Of a DNA stretch of 64,000 nt, positions 10,215-20,414 are shown piece by piece (the stretch's first letter is position 1; every line of letters starts with the position of its first letter). The position numbers were made by a program, and so were the translations under genes. This stretch comes from Candidatus Bathyarchaeota archaeon. Its GTDB lineage: Archaea; Thermoproteota; Bathyarchaeia; Bathyarchaeales; Bathycorpusculaceae. The notes under the pieces are model-generated. The model did not search any database. It had not been told where the DNA came from and saw nothing but the letters and a program-made list of their open reading frames with translations. The stretch covers positions 64,001 to 128,000 of the forward strand of contig CAVZPM010000038.1 in assembly GCA_963777155.1 (NCBI GenBank), written 5' to 3'.

Positions 10215-11649
10215 CCTTCAACTGCCTACCCACCAACTCATCAGCCAACTTTAGAAAAGTGTCAATCTTCTCCAAAGGTACCTGTGCACCAGCGGCTATG
10301 TTGTGACCTCCACCTTTGCCACCGTTGGCTTCCGATGCAAGTCGCATGACATCGCCAAGGTTAACGCCTTTACGTAATGCAGCTTCAGTGGTTCTGCCGG
10401 AAAACTTTGCAGCCTTCTCTGCTTCGATGTTAGCGAAGGCTAAGAGTGGTTTTTCGTTGTTAGCAAGGCTTGAAACAATAATGGAGGAAACTGTACCTAT
10501 GATTTTTTCGTTGATAAAGTTCTCACCGTAAATTACGTAGATGTTTTGGAGTTCACGCATGCGTTCGGGTTTTTCGCTCACCCAACTGAGATATTTGTTG
10601 ATGTTTTTGCGGTAGTCTTCAAGGATTTTGTTGGATTCTTCCAATGCTGCTTTGCGGTCACCCATACAGATTGCGATGCCTAGGCTCGGTCGATCCATAC
10701 GTCCTGTCGAATTCAAAACCACTGCAAACTCGCGTCCATCACGAAGCGCTGTGTTGGGTTCTTCCTTGGTTAAAATGTAAACATAGCCAATAAGGTTGTC
10801 AACTTCCATGTGTAAGCCCTTGGACAACAGGTAGTCGGCCAGAGCTGTACATAGTCGTTTGCGTTCTTCGTCAGTTAAATCGCATAATGCTCGAAGTTTG
10901 TCACCCTGCTTTAGTGGTATACCTAAGTTGGCAACAAAATTTAGTGCTTCAGTTTCCTGACCGCTCAAGCCAGGAATAAACGGGTTTGTTGTGGTTGCCA
11001 GCATCTTGTAGATGGGACGGGTTTCTCTTCCAAAGAAAATCAAGTCTTTCTCTACCCTAAGCAATCCCGCTGCGACACCATCGTTAACTATTATCTCGTT
11101 TAGACTGCGCAGACTACGTTGTTCATACTTGTCTTGCATATCCCCCAACGCACCAACGAGGGCTATGGGCGCCAAATCCACGTTCGCGGAATTTACAGCT
11201 TTAGCTGCAAAATAAGCTACACCTGAACCGCTAACATCTGTTGCCCCATCTATGCCAAAAAGGTGAGGGTTTACCTGAACAAAGTTGGGGTTAGCTACTT
11301 TACTTGTAATTTGATGATGGTCAAGAATGACGACTTTAACGTTTGGGATTTTCTCGTTTAGCAGGTCAAGGTAGCCGCTTCCAAAGTCAGTGAGGATTAC
11401 AAGACTCGGTTTATCAGCGATTACTTCGCCCACGATTTTCTCATCAACCCATTGCATTACTCTGATGCGGAAACGGGCCTCAAGCCGACTGAGCATTTTG
11501 CCTATAACGCCTGCTGCGGCAACTCCATCGGCATCCAAATGTGAAAACGCAAGAATAAAACCGTCTTTTTTGACCGTTTCCAAAATGACTTTTGCTGCCT
11601 CGTTTGCTGAAACCAAGAAGTCTTCGATGGATTTTTGCTGTGCCGCCAT
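10183..11649 (-). CDS. RecJ/Cdc45-like DHH phosphoesterase (GAN-like)
   Basis: HLDADG, DFGS, DHH, NPH and GGGHNIAAG motifs intact; linked to rps15. Confidence 0.88.
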   Translation of the reverse strand: MAAQQKSIEDFLVSANEAAKVILETVKKDGFILAFSHLDADGVAAAGVIGKMLSRLEARFRIRVMQWVDEKIVGEVIADKPSLVILTDFGSGYLDLLNEKIPNVKVVILDHHQITSKVANPNFVQVNPHLFGIDGATDVSGSGVAYFAAKAVNSANVDLAPIALVGALGDMQDKYEQRSLRSLNEIIVNDGVAAGLLRVEKDLIFFGRETRPIYKMLATTTNPFIPGLSGQETEALNFVANLGIPLKQGDKLRALCDLTDEERKRLCTALADYLLSKGLHMEVDNLIGYVYILTKEEPNTALRDGREFAVVLNSTGRMDRPSLGIAICMGDRKAALEESNKILEDYRKNINKYLSWVSEKPERMRELQNIYVIYGENFINEKIIGTVSSIIVSSLANNEKPLLAFANIEAEKAAKFSGRTTEAALRKGVNLGDVMRLASEANGGKGGGHNIAAGAQVPLEKIDTFLKLADELVGRQLKGEKLAGNSHA

Positions 11650-11740
11650 GCCAAATCACTTCTTCGAGCTAAGAGGTGTTAATCGGATTTAAAGCTGGCG
11701 CATAAAAAAACAATAGAAATAGAATTAAAGAAAGAGATGT

Positions 11741-12181
11741 TTAGGTTACTGAAGCGATTTTTGGAACGTATTTCCAGTTCTTGGCGATTACGCCTTCACG
11801 TTTGTAGTACCGGCTGAGCTTGTGGATTCTTGCTTCGATTATTTGCATATTGCGTTTGTTGTGAAGGTCTTTCTTGTTTTTGTCCATGTGCACTGCGAGG
11901 CTCTGGGCTTTCTTCATCAGGTTGGATAGGTCTTCAGGCATTGTTGGAGCTAGGTTTGAGGCTTTTAGTGTGTCGCTTATGCTTTTGCCTGTGAGTGGTT
12001 TAACAAGCGGGATGGCGTATTGGTCGCGTAGGACAGTGCCTATGCTGCTTAGTGAATGGCCTTCTTTAGCCAATTTAATTATGAATGATTCTACTTCTTC
12101 AGGCTGGTACTTACACCAACTTGGAGGGCGCCTGCTGACAGGACGCATCGAATGAGATTTCCCTTTTTCTTGCTTTGGCAT
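11741..12181 (-). CDS. rps15: 30S ribosomal protein uS15 (S15/S13e)
   Basis: IGTVLRDQYAIP, PEDLxNL, EARIHKLSRYYK. Confidence 0.97.
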   Translation of the reverse strand: MPKQEKGKSHSMRPVSRRPPSWCKYQPEEVESFIIKLAKEGHSLSSIGTVLRDQYAIPLVKPLTGKSISDTLKASNLAPTMPEDLSNLMKKAQSLAVHMDKNKKDLHNKRNMQIIEARIHKLSRYYKREGVIAKNWKYVPKIASVT

Positions 12182-12270
12182 CGTTACACCTTAAACTGCA
12201 CCCTTATCCACACCCAACGAATATTTAAAAGTAATCCCCTACAGAAGAAAAAACCGATTTTTCTATCTTC

Positions 12271-12783
12271 TTATTCGTGCTTCCGTCTAGATCTACTTAT
12301 AAAATACACGAAGAACCTTGCTATCAATGATAAACCGATGAGCACAATTAATGAGGACCAGAACTGGAACCAGCCGTTATGTGTTCCCGTCAACAGGAAA
12401 ACATTGGCTACGATGGCGGCGCCCAGCCAGAATATCAAGTCGCCAACACTTTGAGCTATCCGCCTAATACGCGAATGCACAACCAATCTGAGAGCTAAGA
12501 TCACGATTTGTAGGACCCCGACTCCTATCAGGAAAGTTAGGACTGCCGTGTAGAAGCCCTGGTGTTCGGCTGGATGTGCTGGTGCGAGTAGACTCGCGGT
12601 TGAACCCGGGCTGCCAAATGGAAAAGTCACTGTGGTTAGGTCTGAGAAGAATGCGCTGGTTTTCTCTGCTATACCAGGGGTGAATGCGAATACGGCACCT
12701 AAAAGTATGAAGAATCCGCCTATGGATATGGCGGTGATTAAGCCTTCATGCAAATACCCGTGTCTAACCGCACTGTAAACCAT
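12271..12783 (-). CDS. hypothetical membrane protein
   Basis: 170 aa, 4 TM segments. Confidence 0.7.
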   Translation of the reverse strand: MVYSAVRHGYLHEGLITAISIGGFFILLGAVFAFTPGIAEKTSAFFSDLTTVTFPFGSPGSTASLLAPAHPAEHQGFYTAVLTFLIGVGVLQIVILALRLVVHSRIRRIAQSVGDLIFWLGAAIVANVFLLTGTHNGWFQFWSSLIVLIGLSLIARFFVYFISRSRRKHE

Positions 12784-12853
12784 GTTATTGCGCCTTCACT
12801 AATTCTGCTTATGCAACAATTGCAATATAACACTTTGTTTTGGGATCTGTTGG

Positions 12854-13450
12854 CTAATGACTCTTGTACCATTTGGCAAACTTACGAATAGCAGCTGCCC
12901 GGTGCGAGTAACTATTTTTTTCCTCAATGGTCATTTCGGCAAAAGTTTTGATGCTTCCTTTTGGCTGGAAGATGGGGTCAAAACCAAAGCCTGACTTGCC
13001 CTGTTCTATGTGTTCAACCAATGTTATGACTCCTTTGGATTCACCGTCAAAGCATAGAGGTTCGAAAGGATTTTGGCTATCGCAATATGCGATGACAGAT
13101 TGGAAGTTGGCATGTCTGTCTTTGGAGTTTTCCAAAAGTTTTAGGATACCGCTGTTTTGGATGGTGTGGAAAACGTAAGCTGCATATGGTCCGGGAAAAC
13201 CGCTCAGGGATTCTATGAATAAACCAGCATCTTCAACAAAAATGGGTAGTCCACACCGTTTGTAAGCATTTAAAGCGCTTTTTTGGGCTATTTCTTTTAG
13301 GCTCTCACTTTGGATTTCGTCGCCTTTCAGCTTAAGCATACCCACCGCTATGCCATGCTGGCTAAGGATGCTACGTGACCTCATTGAACTTGTTAATGTT
13401 TCCCGTCGCAAAGAAAACAACTCGGTGCTTGGGAATTTGGCATATCTCAT
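12854..13450 (-). CDS. rdgB: non-canonical purine NTP pyrophosphatase (RdgB/HAM1), frameshift near 13378
   Basis: EIQ, VEDAGL, FPGPY, FGFDPIF, SHR motifs; N-terminal FATGNINKFNE motif lies in another frame. Confidence 0.9.
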   Translation of the reverse strand: MRYAKFPSTELFSLRRETLTSSMRSRSILSQHGIAVGMLKLKGDEIQSESLKEIAQKSALNAYKRCGLPIFVEDAGLFIESLSGFPGPYAAYVFHTIQNSGILKLLENSKDRHANFQSVIAYCDSQNPFEPLCFDGESKGVITLVEHIEQGKSGFGFDPIFQPKGSIKTFAEMTIEEKNSYSHRAAAIRKFAKWYKSH

Positions 13451-14115
13451 TGTTTACGTTCTTCGACATAGCGGCCACGCCTCTCTATCTCCCTAATTTT
13501 CTCATAAACCTTTTCCGCGACTTCTATGCCAACGACGGATGAATAGCCGCATAACACATCCTTGAAGCATTTTTCCCAAAACATGTAATGGGTACTCTGC
13601 AACGCCCGCTTCATCAAATGTAAATCCACCCCTTGCGCCTCCAACTCCTCATTTTTTTCGCCCAAACCAAAGTCAACAAAAAAAAGTTTGCCTTCAGGCG
13701 TCAGAATCATGTTTGAGGTGGTTAAGTCGCCATGGATTAATCCGTGACTGTGAAGTTGTCCTACGGATTTGCCGATTTTAAGGCATAAGTCATGGCGGTC
13801 GACTTTTGAAGCTTTGTTCAAAATTTGTTTTACCTGCTGCCCTTCGACATACTCCATGATAATGGAGGCATCAGGAACGTTTACCATATAGATCAGCGGC
13901 GTAGACACCCCAGCGGTTTTAGCTTCATGCATAAGTTGCGGCTCATGGACCGTGCGGAAACTCCGAATCTGTTCATCCAAAGCTCGAGGACGGTACATTT
14001 TGGGGATGCGGACTTTGATTATTACTTTGCGTCCATGCCAATCGGCGAGGAATAGGCTAGCTTCGGCACCTTTCTTTAGCAGTTTTGCTTCATCTATTTT
14101 GTCTATTGTATCCAT
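13447..14115 (-). CDS. bud32: KEOPS kinase Bud32
   Basis: KGAEA, HGDLTTSN, DFGL, C-terminal RGRY. Confidence 0.95.
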   Translation of the reverse strand: MDTIDKIDEAKLLKKGAEASLFLADWHGRKVIIKVRIPKMYRPRALDEQIRSFRTVHEPQLMHEAKTAGVSTPLIYMVNVPDASIIMEYVEGQQVKQILNKASKVDRHDLCLKIGKSVGQLHSHGLIHGDLTTSNMILTPEGKLFFVDFGLGEKNEELEAQGVDLHLMKRALQSTHYMFWEKCFKDVLCGYSSVVGIEVAEKVYEKIREIERRGRYVEERKQ

Positions 14116-15137
14116 GGCACATCCACCTTGTCCACTCGCCAACGCAATTTCACAGAACTTTCATCAACTGGCGTAACCAACCCATGTCTAAAAGCCAAGA
14201 CGCCTGTCCAAGCAATCATAGCACCATTATCAGTGGCAAACTCCAGCGGAACCACACTGAACTTAGCATTATGCTCCTGGGCGATGATCGCAAGCATTGA
14301 TTGCAGGCGCTTATTTGCCGCTACACCACCAGTAAGTAAAACCTCCTTCTTCTCGGTATGTGCCAATGCCCGTTCGGTGATTTCGGTAACCATTGAGAAG
14401 GCATGTTCTTGTAGACTGTAACATAAATCTTCAAGTCGATAGCTGCCTTTCTGCCACGCAGTTGTCGCCGCCGTCAACAATCCGCTAAGCGACAAATCCA
14501 TCCCCTTCACTACATATGGCAACATAACAAGTTTTTCACCTTTAGACGCCAACTGTTCGATTGCAGCGCCCAGCGGCAAACCCCTCCGGTGCTTAAGCCC
14601 AGCTTCCCTAGCGAAGACATCAAGACAGTTGCCAAGAGCAATGTCTAGGGTTTCGCCGAAAATTCGGTAGCGTCCCGACTCCAAAGCTGTGACCATGGTG
14701 TTACCGCCTGAAACGTAGAGCGTTACTGGGTCTTGGGCGCCAGTTTTGAGTTTACCGATTTCGATGTGGGCAACGGAGTGGTTTATACCAACTAGTGGAA
14801 TCCCAAGGTATGAAGCTAAAGCTCGAGCAACAGTGGCTCCTGTGCGGAGGGATGGCCCTAAACCTGGACCTTGAGAGAAAGCAATAACTGATAATTCGCG
14901 CGGTTTCACACCAGCCTTTACGAGTGCCTCATGCAGGACTTTGTCTGCTACTTCCGCGTGGTGCCGTGCAGCTTCTCGAGGATGGATTCCACCTTCAATT
15001 GGGATGTAGCTATCAGATTTATTAGCCAAGATTTCACCGTTAAACGTGGCGATTCCAACACCAAAATCGTCGGCTGAGGATTCAATACCAAGGCAGTAAT
15101 TGCCCGAATTGTCTTTTCCAGTTTCTTTCATTCGCAA
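14103..15137 (-). CDS. kae1: KEOPS t6A threonylcarbamoyltransferase Kae1
   Basis: GIESS, GPGL, HxxxHIE, VSGGNT, GGVAAN, DNGAMIA. Confidence 0.96.
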   Translation of the reverse strand: MRMKETGKDNSGNYCLGIESSADDFGVGIATFNGEILANKSDSYIPIEGGIHPREAARHHAEVADKVLHEALVKAGVKPRELSVIAFSQGPGLGPSLRTGATVARALASYLGIPLVGINHSVAHIEIGKLKTGAQDPVTLYVSGGNTMVTALESGRYRIFGETLDIALGNCLDVFAREAGLKHRRGLPLGAAIEQLASKGEKLVMLPYVVKGMDLSLSGLLTAATTAWQKGSYRLEDLCYSLQEHAFSMVTEITERALAHTEKKEVLLTGGVAANKRLQSMLAIIAQEHNAKFSVVPLEFATDNGAMIAWTGVLAFRHGLVTPVDESSVKLRWRVDKVDVPWIQ

Positions 15138-15213
15138 TTCACATTTAAGTGGGGATACATATTTTTATGTGAATCCAACGCTTATATTACTGTATTATTT
15201 GGAACTGATCTAA

Positions 15214-15633
15214 ATGCCTAAGCGTAATGACCTTGAACAGAAAGCACTCCACTATGTTGTCGGTACAGGCTATCAGGGTGTGCTTCAATCAGATTTATGG
15301 CGTGAACTGGGCGCAAGCAGCCGAGAAGGCAGCCGCGTATCCATTAAATTGGAAGAGAAAGGGCTTATCAGAAGAGAAAAAGAACTCCAAGAAGGCAGAT
15401 GGACCTATAGGCTCTACCCAAAAAGGTTGCCTGCATCCATAGAAACCATCGTGGACTGCCCATGTCTACTTTGTCCAGATAACGCAAGATGTGATCCAAC
15501 AACCGCCCTTTCACCAAAGAGTTGCCCAAAACTAACCGATTGGATACTTAACTTGGGAAAAGAAGCTCCAGCAAGCTTGCTCCTGAAGGTCCAAGCGCAG
15601 TATCGTACCAGAACCCAGCATACCCGAGGATGA
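15214..15633 (+). CDS. transcription factor TFE beta (RPC34/hRPC39-like: winged helix + FeS domain)
   Basis: GVLQSDLWRELG...LEEKGLIRREK...TYRL winged helix followed by PCxxCP-x4-C-x7-PxxCxxLxxW. Confidence 0.85.
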   Translation: MPKRNDLEQKALHYVVGTGYQGVLQSDLWRELGASSREGSRVSIKLEEKGLIRREKELQEGRWTYRLYPKRLPASIETIVDCPCLLCPDNARCDPTTALSPKSCPKLTDWILNLGKEAPASLLLKVQAQYRTRTQHTRG

Positions 15634-16271
15634 TTCCGTTGCCGAAAGCTTGGATACGTGAAAGAAAAAACGAGTATTATTATAAGAAAGCCAAGGAAGA
15701 AAATTATCGCAGCCGATCCACATACAAGCTGGTTCAAGCTAACGAAAAATATGGCTTCATCAAACTTCGCGATATTGTTGTTGATTTAGGTGCCGCACCG
15801 GGCGGCTGGATTCAAGCCGCAAGAAAAATGACCGGCAAATATGGCTATTTACTGGGCATTGACTTGAAACCCATAGAACCTTTCACCCAAGAATATATAC
15901 GCACAATAATTGCGGACTTCACTGAACCAGGGATAGTTGATCAAATTCTCTCATTTATTCCACGCAAAGCAGATGTGGTTCTTTGTGATGCTGCCCCAAA
16001 TATTACTGGGGTGTGGGAAGTTGACCATGCAAGACAAATTGACTTAGCAACTCAAGCCTTAGAAATCGCCCAATGCATTCTACGACCAAACGGCAACTTT
16101 TTTGTCAAAGTCTTCGAAGGCGACCTGCTCAACGATTTCATGCTAAACATGAAGAGGCTATTTGAGGAGGTAAAGTTGGTGAAGCCTCAAGCAAGCCGAC
16201 AGCAAAGCAGCGAAATGTATCTTTTAGCGTTGGGTTTAAAGACGGCGCGTGAATGTGCAGAAGAAAGCTAA
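15630..16271 (+). CDS. rlmE: 23S rRNA 2'-O-methyltransferase RlmE/FtsJ
   Basis: RSRxxYKL, DLGAAPGGW, DAAPN, K-D-K-E catalytic residues. Confidence 0.95.
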   Translation: MIPLPKAWIRERKNEYYYKKAKEENYRSRSTYKLVQANEKYGFIKLRDIVVDLGAAPGGWIQAARKMTGKYGYLLGIDLKPIEPFTQEYIRTIIADFTEPGIVDQILSFIPRKADVVLCDAAPNITGVWEVDHARQIDLATQALEIAQCILRPNGNFFVKVFEGDLLNDFMLNMKRLFEEVKLVKPQASRQQSSEMYLLALGLKTARECAEES

Positions 16272-16310
16272 TTTTCCTGCTTTAACTTCATGTTTAGATA
16301 GGTGTAATAT

Positions 16311-17003
16311 TTGAAAGTTATATCGGCGGATTCTGCTGCGGCAATATTAGATGAGCATTTTAATGCTATTTATCATGTTGCTTCGGTGTCGGTACTGGTT
16401 GAACCACCTTATAGGGAACCATCTTTTCGTTTGGCTGAACCTATTTTTAGGAAAGTAGATGAGGGGTTTGATTTGATTGTTCATGAAGCTGAACTCTGCC
16501 GAGGTTTATTGGATAAAATGAAGGCGGATATCGTGCATTTGGATATGTCTTTGGGCGGAGTTTCTGTCGAGGAATTATCACCTGTGGAACTCATGAACCT
16601 AAGGGCGTCCAAGGCAGGAAGACAAAGCATTCTCAAAATACTGCCCAGGCTCAGGAAAATTGCGTGTGAAATCAAGCGGGTCCACGGCATAGATATGTTG
16701 GCTATTGGCAAAGAGAGTGTTCCTGTGCGGATTGCTGAGTTGACGGCGGGGGCAGAAGCTATTCTGTTTGCTTGTCAAAGAGCTCTTGATGAAAAAGATA
16801 GTGTTCTGTTGGGGTTGCCATTGAGTTGTCAACCCAGGTTTATCGGTAACTATGTGTATCTGCAGTCGCTTTTGGCAAACGAGCATGACGTACGAGGTTT
16901 TAGCGTGGATACGCTGGATGTTTTGACAAAGGTTAAATTATCAGAAACGTTAAACCCTACCGCAAGAGGATTCCGAGCTTTAAAGATAAAACCAGAAAAA
17001 TAG
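16311..17003 (+). CDS. DUF4152-like archaeal protein
   Basis: N-terminal ADSAAAILD, VHLDMSLGG, GKESVPVRIAEL, NPxARGF. Confidence 0.7.
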   Translation: MKVISADSAAAILDEHFNAIYHVASVSVLVEPPYREPSFRLAEPIFRKVDEGFDLIVHEAELCRGLLDKMKADIVHLDMSLGGVSVEELSPVELMNLRASKAGRQSILKILPRLRKIACEIKRVHGIDMLAIGKESVPVRIAELTAGAEAILFACQRALDEKDSVLLGLPLSCQPRFIGNYVYLQSLLANEHDVRGFSVDTLDVLTKVKLSETLNPTARGFRALKIKPEK

Positions 17004-17017
17004 GAGATTAATTTGAA

Positions 17018-17599
17018 ATGAATTATCCCTCATTTTGGAAAACCGCTTCACTTAGACGCAAGAGGATTTACTCGATTATATTCATGTTTGCGTTTGCGGT
17101 ATCTTTGACTGTAATTGGCTCATTAGTGCCACTTAGTCCTCAATTTGCAAAAGAAATAAATGACAGCATAAATCAAACAAGAACTCAGGGATTAGAAAAC
17201 GGCACATTGATTCCGTCGATTCTTCTGAATAATTTTGGTCTTTGTCTTGCAATGTTTATTCCTCTCGCAGGCGCCGTCTTAGGCTTGTTCATAATGTTTA
17301 ATACTGGTCTTGCTTTTTCGGCTGCGTTTCAAGTGCAAAGCACAACTGCAGCTTCAACGCCTCCTCTTGACATATCACCTACTACAGCAGTCATTGCCTT
17401 GCTGGTTTTCGGCCTTGTGTTTCTACTAGAATATGTTTCCTATTCAATCGCTATCGCAGAAAGTATATGGCTGTTTCGACGACTAAGACAACGGAAGTGG
17501 GGAGAACTCAAAAATGCGGCGATTCTAATTGGAATTGTTGCAGTCCTGCTCATTGTTGGCGCTGTTGTGGAAACGTGGTTAATTTCAACCATCGGTTGA
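17018..17599 (+). CDS. SpoIIM/DUF95 family membrane protein
   Basis: ILLNN...IPxxG...NTG, LE, GAVVE pattern. Confidence 0.78.
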   Translation: MNYPSFWKTASLRRKRIYSIIFMFAFAVSLTVIGSLVPLSPQFAKEINDSINQTRTQGLENGTLIPSILLNNFGLCLAMFIPLAGAVLGLFIMFNTGLAFSAAFQVQSTTAASTPPLDISPTTAVIALLVFGLVFLLEYVSYSIAIAESIWLFRRLRQRKWGELKNAAILIGIVAVLLIVGAVVETWLISTIG

Positions 17600-17607
17600 C
17601 GATTGGT

Positions 17608-18466
17608 TTACTCTTTTTTCACTATTTCCAAACTTATGTCAAGAGCTTTAACAGTGTGAGTGAGTTCACCCAAACTTATGATGTCCACCTGCGCCGCTGC
17701 ATACTCAAGTAGATTTTCGCTCGTAATTCCTCCACTTGCCTCAAGTAACACCATGCTAAACCCTGCTTTTCTCAATTGTTTGGACAGCATCTTTAGCTTG
17801 TTTGGGAGAAAAATTGTCCAACAATACTATGTCAGCACCAGCCTTTGCAGCTATCACAGCATCCTTAGTGCTGGTTACTTCAACTTCGATTTTCTTGGTA
17901 AAAGAAGCATTAGCTTTTGCCCTCTTTACAGCTTCCTCAACACTTCCCACAATGGATAGGTGGTTGTCTTTAATCATAACCATGTCATCCAAATGCAACC
18001 TATGCGGATCCCCGCCCCCAAGGACCACAGCTTTTTTGTCGAAGTAGAGCAACCCGGGCGCGGATTTGCGTGTTGCCGCAATCTTTGCTTTCACGTTTGC
18101 CTTCTCAAGTTTCTCAGTCAAGGAGCGAGTTTTGGTCGCAATACCGCTCATTCGCGAAAGAAGATTAAGCAAAGTCCGCTCGACTGTAAGCACAGTTTGG
18201 GCATCTCCTGAAACCTGCATCAGAATTTGCTTGTTCTTTATTCTCTCTCCATCAGCAACCATAGCTTTAACAGTTAACCCCAAGCATTCAGCAAGTAATG
18301 TGGCTTCTTCGATCCCCGCTATTATTCCAGCTTCTTTTGCAACAACCTCTGCATTAACTTTCAAATTTGCGGGAACAACTGCTGACGCTGTTACGTCGCC
18401 CAATCCTATATCATCGGCGAGGATTTGTTTGAGCTTCTCCTCCACGATTCGCTTTGGAATAAACAT
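17608..18466 (-). CDS. nadC: quinolinate phosphoribosyltransferase, frameshift near 17785
   Basis: ATRK, HRxxLxD, KDNH, EVEV, LLDN; C-terminal EASGGIT...GELTH...LDISL in the next frame. Confidence 0.92.
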
Positions 18467-18563
18467 ACTTGTAGTGTTGACGTTTAGAGCTTAAAATGCT
18501 TGCCTTTCCTTGGTTGAAGTAAGCTATAGTTCAAATATATTCATGCAGTAACCAGTATACCAT

Positions 18564-19708
18564 ATGCGACTGCTACTCAGCTGCTCCGAACTCGGATTGG
18601 GACATGTTTCGCGAATCATTCCTCTAGGGAAGCTGCTGAAGAAAAACGGTCATGAATTATTCTTTTTTTCCGGCGGAAAAGCCTATGAATTGCTCCAAAA
18701 AGAATTCAGCCACGTCTATAAATGCACACCAATTTCATGGTACGAAAATGCCCATGGCATAATCACCTCCGCCTCACTAATCAACCTGTTATTTCCCCTT
18801 CCACTCTTCAACGTGGAACTAAACAGACTAGAAATGAAAAGATCCAACGCCATGGAAACCATCAACCGCTACTATGATTTAAGAGAAAACCTGCATGATA
18901 TTGCACCAGATATGCTTATCGCCGACGGTGACATAAACGCTCTAAGGCTAGCTCAAAGATGGAAAATTCCCTCAGTCTACATTGCAAACATGATTAGACC
19001 AAGCTACGGCTTCTCATCTTTTCTAAGCCCAGGCGAACGGTTAGTCGAACGGTACGTTAAGCAGTGCTCAAAAATAATAATTCCCGACAACCCGCCACCC
19101 TACACTGTATCCGAATATAACATCGGCAACTTGGACAAAATGAATCTAAACCGAAAAAGTTGAGTATGTAGGAAGCTTTGTCGATACCACACCCGTTGCA
19201 GGTGAGCAAGAGCATATTTTCGCTCCAATAAGCGGTCCCAGTAGGAACAAGGGCAAAGCTAACGAAGACTCTTTTGCCAGTGCTCGAAAAACTAAAAACA
19301 AAATGCGTCATAAGCTTGGGCACACCTGGCAGGAAGGCTTCAGCGAAAATTGGCAACTGCGAAATCCACACCTGGCTGTCGCCTGAAGAACGCGAACAAG
19401 CTATGCGAAATGCCAAGTTTGTAATTTTCAGCGGCGGACATGCAACATGCTTTGAAACGATCAAGTACGCTAAACCAAGTATCTGCATCCCCACACAACC
19501 CGAACAGTTGGGCAACGCAGCTAAACTGCAGGACTTAAACTGTTCAATAACTGTAAAAAACCAGAAAGCAACTTGAAAAAGCAGTTGAAAAGATGGAAGA
19601 ACAAAAAATAGACTACGAACAGAAATGTGGAAGCGTTAAATCAGTTTTCTAATAGATATAATGGTTTGAACCGAGCGGTTTCGATTAGTTGAAAATCTAC
19701 TGGATTAA
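18564..19708 (+). CDS. GT-B glycosyltransferase (GT28/MJ1255-like), several frameshifts
   Basis: GLGHVSR N-terminal motif; SGGHAT..E...PSICIPTQPEQLGNA C-terminal motif in a separate ORF. Confidence 0.8.
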
Positions 19709-19710
19709 GG

Positions 19711-20337
19711 CTATTGTTTTGTTAGGTTTAATCGTTTGATTTCGCCGTTTGGTGTTACTTCATCAAAGACGATAGCTTTGAATTTGTAGATTCTAGCATC
19801 TTTAGTTAGCCAGCTGTCTGGGGGCACGCCTGCTTTCATGCAGCATTGACACAAAAACTCCTCCTCGCACCAACCCCATTCCACTGGCACCTGCGGCAAA
19901 AGCAATCCCTTGTAGGGACCCCGCTCAACGATTAAGCCGTCTTCGCCGACTTTAATTTTGCTTACGTATTCCTTTGGGTTTGCCACTTCCACAAGTTCAG
20001 GTGGTGTGAGCACGCTTACTTCAAAAACAACCTTTTCCAACTCATCTGACGATAAGGGCTCAAACCTTGGGTCTTCTGTAGCAGCATTAATGGCGTTGTC
20101 AATCACTGCCTCTACAAGTGGACATGTAGGGTATGGATAGCCGATACACCCACGGAGCTCCTTCTCATCACCTCGGAGGCTGTTTATGGTTACAAAAACG
20201 CCACATTGTGAAAAGAGTTTTTTGGGTGTCTCTTTTGGTGGTTTAAGGGCTTTGCCCGTTTTGAGGTACTGTTGTACGGTGTTTCTTGCAAGTTGGATTA
20301 GGAATTTTCCTTCTTCTTGGGTTAATTCAAACGACAT
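19711..20337 (-). CDS. AMMECR1 domain protein (TIGR00296)
   Basis: GVFVT, LRGCIG, DPRF, EVSVLT, LLPQV. Confidence 0.93.
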   Translation of the reverse strand: MSFELTQEEGKFLIQLARNTVQQYLKTGKALKPPKETPKKLFSQCGVFVTINSLRGDEKELRGCIGYPYPTCPLVEAVIDNAINAATEDPRFEPLSSDELEKVVFEVSVLTPPELVEVANPKEYVSKIKVGEDGLIVERGPYKGLLLPQVPVEWGWCEEEFLCQCCMKAGVPPDSWLTKDARIYKFKAIVFDEVTPNGEIKRLNLTKQ

Positions 20338-20414
20338 ACTTTTTCTACCTTCAAGGAGCCTATGCACCACTCAATAGCTCAGTTAACTAAAAAAATATTA
20401 AAAAGAAGAATAGG

